DNA of 64,000 bases from Rotaria sordida (GCA_905250005.1 CAJNOH010000668.1:1-64000), one strand, 5' to 3'; numbered from the stretch's first letter, positions 1 to 13,440 are shown. Notes: generated from the sequence alone by a model not told the origin. Numbers and translations are program-made.

Positions 1-218
1 TAAGAATGACTTGTCACGATTATATGAACGAAGAACTGCAACTACTACACCGAGATTTTCTTCAGATGTTGTGATTTGGGGTTCAACATTCTTTGTATTC
101 TCTCCAAGTACAATATCGATACGAATAACAACATCCTATGGTATAGAAGTTGAAATTTTTCGATATTTGCCCCATAGTAATTTACTACAACCAGTAACTG
201 GTAGACCATCAAGAACTT

Positions 219-272
219 GAGGGTATGAGTGTATGAGGGTGATGATGAAAAGAAGACCCACACCCACACCCT
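219..272. repeat. Inverted pair of degenerate TGTGGG / CCCACA telomeric-type repeats. G-block 219-242, C-block 257-271.
   Basis: gagggtatgagtgtatgagggtg...cccacacccacaccc. Confidence 0.75.
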
Positions 273-505
273 TCAATATAAAACTGTTACAAGCGCAAAA
301 TGTAAGAAGAAATCGTTAAATAATACTGGCACTGGATAGTGTGGATATATGCTCGACTTTTTTTTTAAATTAAAATTTACGAAGAAAAAAATATTGAGCG
401 AAATGTAAGAAAAATTGTTGGCCTTTGGACACAGTTATGGATAAAATCAATATCTAATCAACCGGAAAAATGTAAACGATTAACATCATGACCAGAGGAA
501 GGTAA

Positions 506-1267
506 TTAAACGTTTGTGCTTGAATTTGGTGGAATAAGTTCCCATGGATAGAAATCATTGGCTATTTTCACGATTTTCTTGATTTGTTGTCGACTATTAC
601 ATAAATTTTGTTTATTGCAAGTAAAACCAAAATGATTCCAGTCAGATGAAAGTGGTGGATCACCTTGTACAAGTGTGATACGAAAATATTGACGAGGAAA
701 GATTGTCACCGTACTATCATTTCTACATTCTCCTTCGAAGTCAATCTGGTCATTCTCGATTATTTCATATCCATGACATCCATAACCATTTTGACATGTT
801 ACGGGTTGATCCTGATTATCAGAACATTGTTGAACATTGACGACCGTTGGATCGAATATTTCCTCTTCGATTTTGTCTAGTATCAGTTCATTTTGAATTA
901 ATGTTTGTATGGTTAATAGATAATATATTTTTGCACAGTCAAATGAATTCTGACAAGTGTATGTGATGTTGACATCCTTCATTTTTGGTTCATCGAATTT
1001 ATTTTGAACTGCTAGTTCTAGACGATAATTTCCTATCTCATCGGATCCGCCTGTAAGGTTCATATGAATTTCTTTTGTTACATAATTTGTACGAAACACT
1101 ACTTGACAAACATCAGTTTCAACAAGTTGTCCATCGCATCTTGATGGTAATTCTGATGGATTATTAAATGATAGCACAATATCATTACAGTTTGTACACG
1201 CGAGACAGACAACCAAAGAAAGGTTTGCAATAGAATAGAGAAGCGTAAAAGTCGTTTTACCAAACAT
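506..1267 (-). CDS. Cysteine-rich secreted protein. The ORF 506..1405 likely starts at the internal Met (MMFGKTTF...) that begins a signal-peptide-like hydrophobic stretch. ~16 Cys, single exon.
   Basis: Long minus-strand ORF with an N-terminal hydrophobic signal-like segment (LLYSIANLSLVVCLACTNC), many spaced Cys and N-glycosylation-like NxS/T sites. Telomeric inverted pairs flank it at 219-272 and 1463-1507. I do not recognise a family. Confidence 0.45.
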   Translation of the reverse strand: MFGKTTFTLLYSIANLSLVVCLACTNCNDIVLSFNNPSELPSRCDGQLVETDVCQVVFRTNYVTKEIHMNLTGGSDEIGNYRLELAVQNKFDEPKMKDVNITYTCQNSFDCAKIYYLLTIQTLIQNELILDKIEEEIFDPTVVNVQQCSDNQDQPVTCQNGYGCHGYEIIENDQIDFEGECRNDSTVTIFPRQYFRITLVQGDPPLSSDWNHFGFTCNKQNLCNSRQQIKKIVKIANDFYPWELIPPNSSTNV

Positions 1268-1462
1268 CATTATCAATGTAGTACTTACTTCGAATAGAGA
1301 AAAATGAAGAAGAAACGAAGTTGTCTTGTTGCTAGATAAAAGATGTGTGTTATTTGTCATTCTCACCAAAGATATCACCTGTTTTAATTTTATTGCATCG
1401 TTCACATTTACAAAGCACGAATGACGTTATGACATGAGACGCCCAACTGCCTTTGATGGTAT

Positions 1463-1507
1463 AGATGTGGGTGTGAAATGAATACTTACACACCCACACC
1501 CACACCC
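1463..1507. repeat. Inverted telomeric-repeat pair. G-block gatgtgggtgtg, 14-bp spacer, C-block cacacccacacccacacccc.
   Basis: Read directly in the sequence. Confidence 0.85.
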
Positions 1508-1900
1508 CAAACTTCTACAATCACCAATAGTGTATGACTTGAATTTCCTGGAATTCCTATAATTTCTAAACTGTACAAGCGTCTCCCCTTTTGATATAAA
1601 CATCTAACCGATCAATTTGTGCTATTGGCGACGACATTTATGGTAAAGTGCATTAATGTTCTACTCCATGATTTATCCGAAACGCCGCCATATACCTGTT
1701 TCATCGACTTGTGCAATAACACAACACGCATAACATGTGCACATGTATAAAGAACCGTAAAAACCATTTGTCTACTCGTTTTTTTTCTTTCCATCAAGCA
1801 ACAGACAAATGCATTATAGTCATCAGATATTACAATGTTGATTTCCACACGATTACACTATAATTTGTAGATTGATTAAAAAATTATTAATTACTTTCAG

Positions 1901-4900
1901 ATGAAGCAAACTACGATATCTACTCCATTGCTGTCACCATTCAATGGCAAAACGATTGTACTCGAACTTGGTCGTGAAATAGGTTTCAAAGCTAAACAAG
2001 AACTTATAAATTATTTACGAGAACAAAAAGCATATATTTCATATATTCTTACAGCTAGTGTATGTTATTCTTTCATATGCTACGAACACGCTGCTATTGT
2101 TGACTATTTATTTTTTAGACTGATTATGTTTTAATCACGAATAATGTAGATAGCTACAAGACACGTCGTGCGAAACAACTTGGTTTGCCACTAGTTAATG
2201 TTGAATATGTGTATGAATATCGTCGCTTGCCGCCTGGTCAAACATCGATCGATATAAGTAAATTTATCATCAAGTCAATTGAAGATCAAGAAAATTTTAC
2301 ACAGACTGGTACAATATCCATTACAGGTATATGAATGTCAACTTTTTAAAAATCATGTTGGAGATATTTATTCATTAGGATCTCGAACAAATGCAATCAA
2401 AATCAATAAATTTGATTTAACTAAAATCAAAATATGGAATTCAGACGATATTAATTTACCTCGTTTCGATGAGTTAACTCATTGTGAAATTGGAAAATGG
2501 GCCATTTTTAAAGTACAGTTCTATTCTTTTCTAGCTCTTATTTTTTTCTTATACATCTAATGTTCGTAATAGGAAACCAATGATAATTCAAATGTGTACT
2601 TTGTTCTTGAACTTCAAGTCATTCCTGAACAATACTATGATCGAATAACGAGTGATTATCGATTACGATTTCGTTATGAAAAACAAACTATTGTTAACGA
2701 TGGACAACAGCAAAATAAAAAAGTATTGATACAATATGCATTCAGTGATGATCCAAATGAACAGCAACAATTATTTGCCACGTATTATCATCGAGTAGCT
2801 ACAATGTCACGTGTAACACGAATTCGTGAGATGTTACCTGATAAATTAGGATCAAAATTATTATTACGTGTATGTTAAACGAGAAATAGTTTTTCAACTA
2901 AAAATAATTATTTTTAGTCTTTATTTACTCATCGTATCGATACACAAATACTTGATGAGAATGCATGTCAATTAATTGAATCGATTTGGTTAGAATCAAT
3001 TGGTGATTTGAATAAAATTTTGAGCGTACCACCTGAATCAATTACTCTCAAAACAGTATATTTATCCATTTTTCTATATTTAAATTTATTTTATTCCTTA
3101 TCTATTAAATAGATTATCGAAGCTGAAGCTGCACTACTTGAATTGAAAACGACTAATGATCCTCGTGCTGCACTTCGTTTCTATTCACTTATTCCTCATC
3201 GGTCACAATATACAGTTGATCTAATAAAAAATCGTCGAGTATTAACAGAAAAAATTGATTTATGTCAAGTATGTCTATTTTGTTTAATGATTTAATTTAA
3301 TTGTTCGCGTTCGTTCAGATGCTTCGAGACATGCTTACAGTCAATGAACTAACTAATTGGAATGTTAAAGCACCGATTGAAGCGAAATATCGAGCATTGA
3401 AATGTCACATTGAAACTATTGATAATTCAACACCTGAATTTAATAGTATTGCTGAATTGATTCAATCGTCAACAGATAAGTGAGAACAATTGAAGTTTGA
3501 TTTTATAATGATAACTTTGATTTTTTTATTCATTAGTGGTAAACAAATTGTTATTCATCAAATATTCAATGTAACTAAACAAATCGATGCACTTAATTTT
3601 TGCACATCTCTATCAAATCAACGACAATTATTTCATGGATCAAAATATGCTAATTTTCTTGGAATTCTTTCACGGTAAAACATTTATTTCATTTTCTAAA
3701 TAATATTTATAGTACAATTATGTATATTCAGTGGTTTAGCAATGCCAAAAATGGTAGTTGAAGAATTAGGTGTCGTACGTACTGATATTGGTTGTCTTGG
3801 TTATGGACTTTACTTTTCTGATTCTGCTTCTACATCTTTAAAATATACAACAGCAAGTACAACACGACCTGGTAGACGATTGTTATGTATTTGCCAAGTA
3901 GCACTAGGTGAATCAGCCAATTATTATTCATTTGCACCAACTCTCGTCAAACCTCACGATGGTTTTCATAGTACACATGGAGTCAAAAGAACCGAAGAAA
4001 ACAATTCAATGTTTACCGTAGGTACATTATTAGTAAAAAGAAAGTTTTCGAGTGTCCTACGAGTTAAGAAGATGATATAGGAGAAGATTTCGTACAAGTT
4101 GAAGTAAATACGTAATGAAAATTCCTCCCAGTTTGATATATATATAGAATAGATTTGAAATAAAAATTCGACAATTGATCTCGATTTCATAATTTGTTGT
4201 GTAATTATCAAAATAGGATAATGAATATGCAATCTATCAACTTGATCAACAACGTTTACTCTACATTGTGGAAGTTTCATGGGCACCGAACGATACTCTC
4301 AATATCGAATTTGAACGATTGCCAATTATTCATCATCAACAACATGCACTAAAATTAAGTGAACATGGTAATGATAATTAAATAGTTTTTGTTAAAATGA
4401 AATTCAATTAGATTATTCTGTTACATTCTAGTTGAAGTTCCAATGACAATTGAAGATGAAGTCATTGAAATAGCCGAACAAGACTATGGTTTAATAAATC
4501 CATCATCGGGAAAACTTGTACCACTTAAATCATTTCATATTCGTGCTCAAATTGTTGATACTACAGTTGAGGTAAATATATATATCGATCATTTCTCATG
4601 AAAGTCACACTAAAATTTATCATATTTCTTTTTTTAATATGAAAAAAAAAGGTTGTTCTCTATCAAGTCTATCACAATACGAGTTCGATACCAATTGAAG
4701 CTAAATATGTATTTCCTCTTGATGAAAATTCAACTGTATGTGGTTTCGAAGCACATATCAATAATAAAATTATTAAAGGTGTTGTCAAAGAGAAAGAACA
4801 AGCTAAACAAGAATATCGAGAAGCAATCGAAAAAGGACATGGTGCTTATTTGATGCATCAAGAACAAGCTCAAGTATTCAGTGTAGCTGTTGGTAATTTA

Positions 4901-6884
4901 CCAGCAAACAATGAAGTTATTATTAAAATAACTTATGTTGCCGAATTAGAAATTGAAAATGATGAAATTATATTTCGTCTACCAGCTAAAATGGCATCAT
5001 GGCAATCGAAACAAGCAATTGAAAGTAAAGATCAATCAATCGTACGATCGATTGGTATTATTGATGAAAAAGTTGAATTCAGTTTCAAAGCATCAATTCG
5101 AATGCCATATGAAATAATCAAATTATTTTCACCAACACATCGTCTTCGACGAAAATTAACTGATTGTATAGCTATGATTGAACTTATTGATAATGTCTTA
5201 CTTGATCGAGATTTTGTTCTTTCAATAACACTTCGAAGTGCTAATCTACCTCGAATATCAATTGAAACATTATCATTGGATAATGATGACAATGGAACAA
5301 CGATAGCATCGAAAAATGATGATTCTCAAGCATGTATGCTTACATTTTATCCACGATTTGAAACATTAACAAATTCGAATGAACAAATTGAACTTATTTT
5401 TATTATTGATGTATCCAATTCAATGGATGGTAGTTATGTACAACAAGCTAAACAATTAGCTCATTTATTTCTTACGAATATGAAATTCGATGATAGAAAT
5501 ATATATTTTAATATAGTTACTTTTGGATCAGGTATATAAAATGATAATTGATAGAATTATTCTATTATTCAAATTTGAATTATTTAGATAATGATGAATG
5601 TTTTCCGATTTCAACACCAACAACTAAAGAAAATCTTGATAAAGCTAAACACTTTGTTCTGGTTGATATTTTTTTGTTTTTATTACTATTGAAATATATA
5701 TATTTAACTTATTTTAGCATTCACTTATCCATCGTGGTAATACAGATCTATCTGCTGTTCTTCATCGTTATTCACTATTACCAGCATTACCAACATCGAA
5801 ATTTGGCCGTCAATTTATTATTCTCTCTGATGGACATATTCATGATCTTCAATCGATTCTTGTTCTACTCGAACATCAATCAACTATGCGTCGAGATCGT
5901 ATATTTGCATGTTCAATTGGTAATGTTGCTAACAAACATGGTTTGAAACAATTAGTGAATGGAGCAAGTGGTGGTGGTCTAACAACTGTATTCGATTCGA
6001 ACTATCGATCAAAATGGAAAACAAAAGTATTAAATATTCTCGAACAAGTTCGACAACCATGTGTTACAAATATATCAATTAATTGGCATGGTCATGTAGA
6101 TGAACAACAAAAATTTAATATGCAAGCACCGAAAATAATTCGATCATTATTTAATGGAATGCGACTTAGTGTCTATCGATTTATACAAAATTGTCATAAG
6201 GCCACATTAACAGCTACTATCGATGGACAAGAATTTGTTACAACTGTATTTAGTAGTACAATGACAACGACTAAAGGACGTATCCTACATTGTTTAACAG
6301 CTCGAGCGATTATTGATGATTATGATAATGGATTATTACATGTAGACGAGAGCGAAAATGAACTGATGAAAGTTCAATATAAGCAAGATCTTATTGATCT
6401 AAGTATCAAACATTCAGTCGTTAGTGCATACACTAGTTTTGTTGCTATCGAAGAACGTGATGCTAAAACAGATGTAAAAACTTTTCAACCAGGTTAGTAG
6501 AAAGTTAAATAGAATGTAATTAATTGCTGTCAATATTCTACTTATCTTATAGGCGTTCGTCTTCTTGATGTTATGCTCGATCGAAATATTGACTTATTAC
6601 CATACATAGGATGGGACGGTGATGTGTCAAATTTGGATACAATTAAACAGAAATTAATCGATGAACGTATTCCACTCGAAAGTGCATCGATTCAAAGCAA
6701 AAAAGAATCGATAGTCGATATTGAAAAACTTTGTGAAAAAATTTCCTATCGAGCAGGTGGTGATGCGAAATTTGATATGATGATGACTATCATACGTACA
6801 TATCGTTATGCATTGAATGAACATGAAAAAGCAAATGAAATTGAAAATAAAATGCGAAATGGTATGTTATTCAATCATAAATAA
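1901..6884 (+). CDS. PARP4-like: Multi-exon vault poly(ADP-ribose) polymerase (PARP4/vPARP)-like gene, ~18+ short exons. Domain order: BRCT (1901-2329), WGR-like (2382-2876), PARP regulatory helical domain (2918-3480), PARP catalytic (3536-4368), VIT (4431-~4900), vWA (5380-6494), C-terminal exon (6552-6884).
   Basis: Translated exons carry recognisable motifs. BRCT: GKTIVLELG...ITNNVDSYKTRRAKQLGLPLVNVEYV. PARP catalytic: H-G-S (LFHGSKYANFLGILSR), GLAMPK...GYGLYFSDSASTS, LLCICQVALGE, and the catalytic-Glu motif DNEYAIYQ. VIT: LVPLKSFHIRAQIVDTTVEVVLYQVYHN. vWA MIDAS-like: IFIIDVSNSMDG. Exons are joined by gtaagt/gtatgt...ag introns of ~40-120 bp. Exact exon boundaries were not all resolved. 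Confidence 0.8.
3536..4368 (+). CDS. PARP catalytic-domain exons (sub-feature of the PARP4-like gene).
   Basis: Exons encoding SGKQIVIHQIFNVT...LFHGSKYANFLGILSR, GLAMPKMVVEELGVVRTDIGCLGYGLYFSDSASTSLKYT...LLCICQVALGESANYY and DNEYAIYQLDQQRLLYIVEVSW. These match the H-Y-E ADP-ribosyltransferase signature of the PARP family. Confidence 0.8.
4431..6494 (+). CDS. VIT and von Willebrand A domain exons (sub-feature of the PARP4-like gene). Includes ORFs 4850-5539 and 5886-6497.
   Basis: VIT-like segment EVPMTIEDEVIEIAEQDYGLINPSSGKLVPLKSFHIRAQIVDTTVE...VFPLDENSTVCGFEAHINNKIIKGVVKEKEQAKQEYREAIEKGHGAYL. vWA: ELIFIIDVSNSMDG...LSDGHIHD...GASGGGLTT. This is the PARP4-type architecture. Confidence 0.75.
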
Positions 6885-7466
6885 ATGTTTATAGATGTCG
6901 ATTTTGAAAAAATAAATAGATCTTAAGACTGAAATGATTAGTGCAACGACAGAAGAACGACAAACATTACAACAACGATGTCAAACTAATAATTTGATAA
7001 TTATAAGTGATGATGAGTACGTAAAAGAAAAACGAAGAAAATATTGATAAATAAAATTTCATATTTTGTTTTTTTTTTGTTTACAGTGAATCATCAGTTG
7101 ACTTCGATGGTAAGACAAGTGGTAAGTAGAGCTTTCATTATAATGTAGTAACGTTTAAAAAGTATTCCAATATGATAGAACAAATTATTGTTTAGTATGA
7201 ACATTGTATTATTCAATGAGCGATTTGACTTTCATGTTGAATTCAAGAATAAATAGGAGTTCGATTTTTTTTGGATTGAATAAAAGAAGTATCAACCATT
7301 TCCGATAATCGAATGATGTAAGCCTAATTAAGGGAGATAAAGTTCGATTTCTATCATAAAATTTCAACTTTTGGATTCCATGTATAAATAAAGCAAAGAT
7401 GTTACTGTTATTTAAATCATGATGAACACAGGAAAATTATAAAAAATCCATAATATATTTGCAAAA

Positions 7467-7484
7467 CCCACACCCACACCCACA
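7467..7484. repeat. Single C-strand telomeric block (cccacacccacacccaca), intronic/intergenic within the PARP4-like locus.
   Basis: Read directly in the sequence. Confidence 0.8.
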
Positions 7485-7713
7485 TCTTGCAATCACCTTT
7501 TCCAAAGAAATATTGATATTGCATTTTCATAGAACATGCTTGTTTGAAACTCCACTTTAAAGGATTAACAAAAACCCAACGGTTGGAAAAGATGAGACAA
7601 ATAATGTCGTCGGTACGTCAATCCAATGTTCTATGTATCATTGATAATGAAATCGAATATTTATTTTTCAGTTGGGTGAAGCACCAACTGCCGCTGACGT
7701 ACCCTCTACACCG

Positions 7714-7746
7714 TCATCATTATCATCATCATCATCATCATCATTA
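7714..7746. repeat. (TCA)n / (CAT)n microsatellite. Encodes poly-Ser in the exon frame and poly-His in an alternative frame.
   Basis: tcatcattatcatcatcatcatcatcatcattat read directly in the sequence. Confidence 0.9.
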
Positions 7747-8095
7747 TTTTCACTGGAACTTGCACAAGAGATGATAAGTAAAGGTAACGTATGAATTGCT
7801 ACACATAACAAAATTTAAGAACGTGAGCATATATATAAAACGCGAATCATTATTCATAACCACGTTGATGCCGAAAATCTGGTTTCTTTAAGATTTTTTT
7901 TTAATCTAAATTAAAAGATTTTTGAAACAATTAAACAGATTGAACTGACATTTCTATAAAAATTCATTATGAAAGTCACGATTAAAAAAAGTCCTAAATT
8001 ATATAACAATCAGTATTCATTTAGGCCCATCAGTTCTATTCAACTGTTTAGAAATTGTGAAAATATCTTATATTATTTTTCTAAAAAAATTATTT

Positions 8096-9031
8096 TTTTT
8101 GTATCATTAAGAATAGTGTCTCGAAAAAAAACAATCTAGAGGGTACTTAATTATAGAATCTTTAATATTTATGACTGAATCTCAATATTTTGATTTCATT
8201 CAAAAACTTACGTATATATAAGAGTTTAATCTCGTAGTAGAGACGCAAATACTTTTGACACATTTTGTTTTTCAAAAAGTCTATAGATTATTCTGATTTA
8301 AATATTCTGCATTTTTCTTTAAGGGAAAAAAATGACTGCACCAGGAACGCGTTCATTGGCAGCACCGGGAACGTGTTCATTGGCAGCACTATCAGATTCC
8401 GATGATGAAGGCGATGATATGGGTTTCGGCTGTTTCGATGATATACCAACAGCTTCCTACTCGGCACCTCGTAAGTTATGCAAATGTTATAAAATGCGAT
8501 CTAAAAGGAATGTTGAAGTATATATATAGTAGACATTTGGACTCACTCCTCTCCTATTGTATCTCGAGAGCATTAAGTAAAAGAAGGCCGAAGATATGTA
8601 TCTCGGGATATATATTGAATTAAATATTCAAGTTCATATCCGTATATAAAAATATTATCTCAAAAAAACAACAATCTAGAGAGTACTTAATTATACAATA
8701 TTTAATGTCAACGAGTGAACCTAAATATGTTGATTTCACTCAGAAACTTGAAACTATGCTTTGATATTTAATTTGGAAATAAGAGATCTGAATCCTGTTG
8801 TAAGGAAATAAATATTCTTGTTATACTTTGTTTTTCAAAAAGAAAAAGAAATCTATAGATTATTTAATTTTACTTCTGGTTTCAATATTTTGTATTTTTC
8901 TTTAAGGAAAGATGCGTGCACTGGAAAAGGAGTCATTGAGATTACAGCCAGAATCCGACGATGACGATGATGATAATATGTTTGACATATTCGGTGATTA
9001 TGTACCAGCAGCTTCCTGCCCAGCATCTGGT
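8096..9031 (+). repeat. Tandem duplication of an intron-plus-exon unit, ~590 bp x 2. Both copies keep an acidic exon with a gtaagt/gtgagt donor. Copy 1 also contains an internal 24-bp tandem duplication (GCACCAGGAACGCGTTCATTGGCA x2).
   Basis: 8096-8330 aligns with 8690-8912 (ctcgaaaaaaaacaatctagagggtacttaattata... vs ctcaaaaaaacaacaatctagagagtacttaattata...; ...ttttgtttttcaaaaag...tctatagattat...ttctttaag in both). The exons 8332-8472 and 8913-9031 that follow are paralogous (acidic D/E run, F-G/D, PAASxxAP). Confidence 0.8.
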
Positions 9032-12000
9032 GAGTTATGGAAATTTTTTGAAGCATGATTTAAAAGGAACGTTGAAGTATTTAACATTATTGATATACGA
9101 GTATAGATCGCATATCAATAACGACTTGCTACAATATCAGAATTCTTTTCTTATTTATATTTCGAGAGGATTATGTACAAGCAGATTGAAGAAATATTTC
9201 CCAAAGTTGTACTACCAATTGTTTTTTTCATTGATGACTAAACTTCATTCAAAAACTGATAATAAATATTCACTGTAATGTTTAATTTGAGATCCAGAGA
9301 GTTCAACATTTTTGATAATCCTTGTTTTTTAAAACATACATTGCCTAATTGCTTCTGCATATATTCCTGTTGTTCTATACTTGGAATGTAGATTTTATTT
9401 TAGAGAAGAAGCCTACACCAGAAGAGCCTTCAATGCAACAACAGTTGAAATTGGCTGAATTAGAGAATGAAGACGATGCTATGGATTGGAGCATTTTGGA
9501 CACTATGAACGAGTCCTCCTATATCGACTTTAGTAAGTTATGCATATACGTATATACAACAAAATTTTATAAGAATATCCCAATAAATATCAAAATCTCT
9601 CAAAAAATGAATTGTGGAAGCTACTAAGTAACCAACGGGATAATGGGTAAATATTAGGCTTTGACTGAACGAGACATTTTTGCAAAAAGTATGTAGAAAA
9701 CTTTATTATCATTCAGTATAGTCTATTCGCTAAATGTAGTCTAATATTAAAATTGATTTATTAGATAACTATGTTCTCTCATCATTTACAAATTGAGGTT
9801 AGTTTCAACTAGTCAACTACGATTAGTACATCGGCTAATCTTTAGAAGAATAGATGAGTGCCTAGCAATTATCAAACATTATATCTTTAGCATCCCCGTA
9901 TCATTTACTCAGCACTAAGATATTTCGGGAAAGAAATCGTTCATCATAAGGGTTTTCTAGTTCATTCTTTAAAGAACCAATTGTTTTTTTTTAAATGTCC
10001 GATACGGAGAATGATATTTTGTATATTGTCTATTTGCTGTAATGCTTTCTTTACGGATTATAGCAGTTGTATTTAGTGAAGAAGAGTGATTAATTTTTAG
10101 CACAAAAATATCAATCAAAATTGCAATTGATAACAAGTGACGCGAAACAACAGTCATTAGCGGATTATGGAGAAGCTGACTTATTTGGAGACGGCAGCGT
10201 TGGAGGCGACGATTTGGTTTCTCTCCGATTCACTGTCACCCGTGATTCTTCTTTAGCGAGTCATGATTTGACTACTACAAAGATAATTCCAGGTAATGAA
10301 GATAAATATTTTACATAATCGAATTTATTTGATTTATTTTCGAAATCTGAAGCCAAACAACTTCCAATATCTACTGTTGATAAAAACTTGGAAACGAAAA
10401 AGAGTGAGAGTACAGGTAAGATCGCTAATGGCATCAGATTTATTTCTTAATATTCTTTCCAGGATCTGTGCCTGCACCACCACCATTGCCACCAGTAAGA
10501 CTGGCCCAACAATTATCAAAATCTACTGCTATGAAACGAGCGTCTGTATTTTCCATAGTATATATAATGTAGTCATTAGTGTTTTCTGTTAGACCGTCAA
10601 CTAGTAAACAACAGTCAAGTCTAATATCGGCACAACTACCTAGACCTGAAATGTTGATTCTTCCCTCCGCTACCATCAGCCATGTCACGGCTCAAGCTCA
10701 AAGTGAGACCTGAATTTGACATACTAATGCATAATTGTCTTATATTTATTTTTATTTTTTGATATTTCTACTTTAATGAGATAAAGTCACGAACAGGAAT
10801 AATATTTTTCTTTGGGATATAACTTTAACTGTCAGAGTGATGCTTTCAATAAGACATGCCTTCACTCACTGCGCAGTTCTTATGTTGATCAAAGAGATAG
10901 CATTTTGAATTTTTCCTACAAAAGCGGACAGAAAATTAAGCATAGATTTTGCTGATGTATAGAAATCATTTTCTGTATTATCCAATACTTTTTAGGCGAA
11001 AACGATCGATGTCATCTCTCGTTTCAAAAAAAAAGACCAGGAGCATCTAGATTTTTGAATAACTCATGAAATAGATTTTCAATACTTACAGAAAAAAATT
11101 AGAAAATCAGAACTATGTTTCCAACCCGTCGTAGTTAAACGACTAGAATTGAATACTGAACTTCGGCACATTTTGTTTCTTTTTTTGTCGATGTCAAAAA
11201 TTTTAAAAAGTAATAAGCTCACCTTACAAACACAAAAAATGAATTTCCTGAATGCTTGATAAATATTTTCAATCATTTCGTAATAATATATGAGAAATCT
11301 AAAAGGAGTCGTTTTGTGAATTGAAATCCTGCTTTTTTACTTTATTTTTCTCAATAATTCTGCATGAGTCTTATTAAGATCTATTAGTTCCATTCAAAAT
11401 TGAGTCTTGCTTTCTATTTTTTCGTAGCTGCTTCATTTTCGTCTCAAAGGCTACCTGCGCCTCAATCACTGCGTCCGCCGCCGCCGCCACCACCACGACC
11501 ACAATTTATGCACCATTCAGCTGCAGTGAGAGGTAGAGGTGGGATGTCAAGGCCTTTACCACCACCAAGAGATGCTACAAAAACATCGATAGCATTTTCT
11601 GAGATGCCACCGCCTGCTGTTAATCAATCTCTTCAACAAAATTTTTCTCTACCACAATCAACTCCACGTAAGATATCTCCACATGTAATGACTTTGTATT
11701 CATTGAGTAATGAATTCGTAGTGTTTACGCCCTATTATGTGGCACCGATGGTCAACATTAACAATAATAACGCATCATTTGAGAGTAATACCATCGACAA
11801 ACAAACAGCGCTTCAGAGTAGCTCATCGCCAATATCTTTAGGTGGTTAGATAATGTAAACTATAGAATATAACTCTCGTTCTCTTTTAGATTTTAGTTTT
11901 AACGACGAATTTGTCAGCAATACATGTGACTTATTTGATGTTGCACCATTGCCTGCTTCTCGTAAGTCTCAAATAGAATGATATTCATTTTTGTGTTTGG

Positions 12001-13440
12001 TGTCATTAGATTTCTGATGAATACAATGTGGATTCATTTAGATTTGGAAACTTCTGCTGCTCCTCCTCCACCACCCCCTCCACCACCTCCTCCTCTACCA
12101 ACAACAACAGCAACAACATCATCATTTTTACTTGATAATTTCGACCAGGCTTTCGTCGGTGGTAGCAGCGTTTCAAATCAAAGTAAGACTGAAATTTTCT
12201 TTTCTTTGTATCCATATTATCCGTTGTTTGGATTAAATTTTCTCGTAGTATTGCTTTTATATATTATCTTGTTCGAACGAAAAACACAGTTGAACGTACC
12301 AAAGAAAAATAGTGTTACAAACATGTTTGCTTGTCGTGAGGATCTCGAAGTAACATTAAGTACCATAGGTTCATTTGCATGTCACCTACGTTGTTAGCCG
12401 AATATTGCAATCAAATGTTTCACTTCAAAATACAAAACACGTACATAGTGCATGTTCGATTAATTATTTATGAGATTTTGTTTATTTTTATTTATTTATT
12501 TAAAACTTCCGATATGAGCGTATGTGTAATCGTTAGTCAAATAATTAGTTGAATAGTAACCATAAAAATCAAAATCTTTGAGTATAAATGTACTTTCGAG
12601 GCTAATCTGCAGCAAGTTTGCCATTTGAACAGTCAATATCATCCAAACATAAAAAGCTATAACACGAATGATTTTTCATCAACGTCCTTTACGTTTTCAC
12701 ATGAGAAGAATTAGCAATGATGAAAACTTTTGGCGATACTATCATTAATTCATTGCCAGTTATGTACGTTAGACATATTACTTTCTAATTTGATGTTCAT
12801 TTTAGGTAGCGAATCAGCAGATCGACTCAAACGGGACGAACTCTTGGACGATATTTCAAGTTGCATTGCTCCTTCTTCGCTTTCTATAGCATCACCCAAA
12901 AAGTCATATCCAACAGTATCGCTAAAAATGAAAGCGGCAACAGATGAACCTCGTAGTAGTCGTGGTGGTTGTATGGGATCTTCAACAGCAGCAACACAGT
13001 CAGCGATAAGCACTAGTAAGTTACACTCACATGAACTTCTTGTTTATCTCGATTAATAAAACGTGAATATATGTACAATTTCAGAAGCTTCGCCACGTGG
13101 TCGTACATATGGTAAGCTATTTGAAATAACTCACTCATATATTCTACTTTTTCTTCTACAGATGAAGATAAATTGCTTGAAACGAGGTGTAGGAACAAGA
13201 TAAAAGCAAAGTTTCAAGACTTCGAAGTATGTACATTAACATGTAATTTTTTGTTCGGGAATTTCATTCATTTCTAGAAGCAAGATGATGATGATAAAAA
13301 GGCAAGTTTCTTATCTAGCGAGACAACACTGAGCTCTATAGTTGGTAAAAGAAAAAATGTCGAAACGTAAGTTTTAACATATATCAAGTAGATGAACTAC
13401 GATTAATTATTAATCATCTAAATTTAGCCTTCAATCAAAA

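Larger units (their letters stand above)
6924..12397 (+). other. Series of short exons encoding acidic and proline-rich low-complexity peptide. Either the long disordered C-terminal tail of the PARP4-like gene or a separate gene. Features: DxF/DLF/DIF acidic motifs, poly-Ser, and poly-Pro stretches (PPPPPPPRP; PPPPPPPPPPPPLP).
   Basis: Same-strand exons with canonical gtaagt donors and AG acceptors: 6924-7018, 7087-7121, 7672-7790, 8332-8472, 8913-9031, 9406-9535, 10121-10286, ~10330-10430, ~10460-10560, 11400-11660, 11890-11960, 12010-12183. Encoded peptides include MTAPGTRSLAAPGTCSLAALSDSDDEGDDMGFGCFDD, ESDDDDDDNMFDIFGDY and DLETSAAPPPPPPPPPPPLPTT. No recognisable globular domain. Confidence 0.35.

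Noticed and set aside
7544-7774. ORF ending in a poly-His tract (HHYHHHHHHHY).
   Set aside because: It is the alternative frame of the (TCA)n microsatellite. The exon frame with proper acceptor and donor gives poly-Ser (…STPSSLSSSSSSSLFSLELAQEMISKG|gtaacg).
12006-12215. Minus-strand ORF 12006-12215, plus other minus ORFs 15529-15726, 15587-15910 and 15747-15992.
   Set aside because: They are antisense to the proline-rich exon (poly-Gly/Glu artefact) or to the GC-rich SDR fragment. The forward frames carry the recognisable homology.
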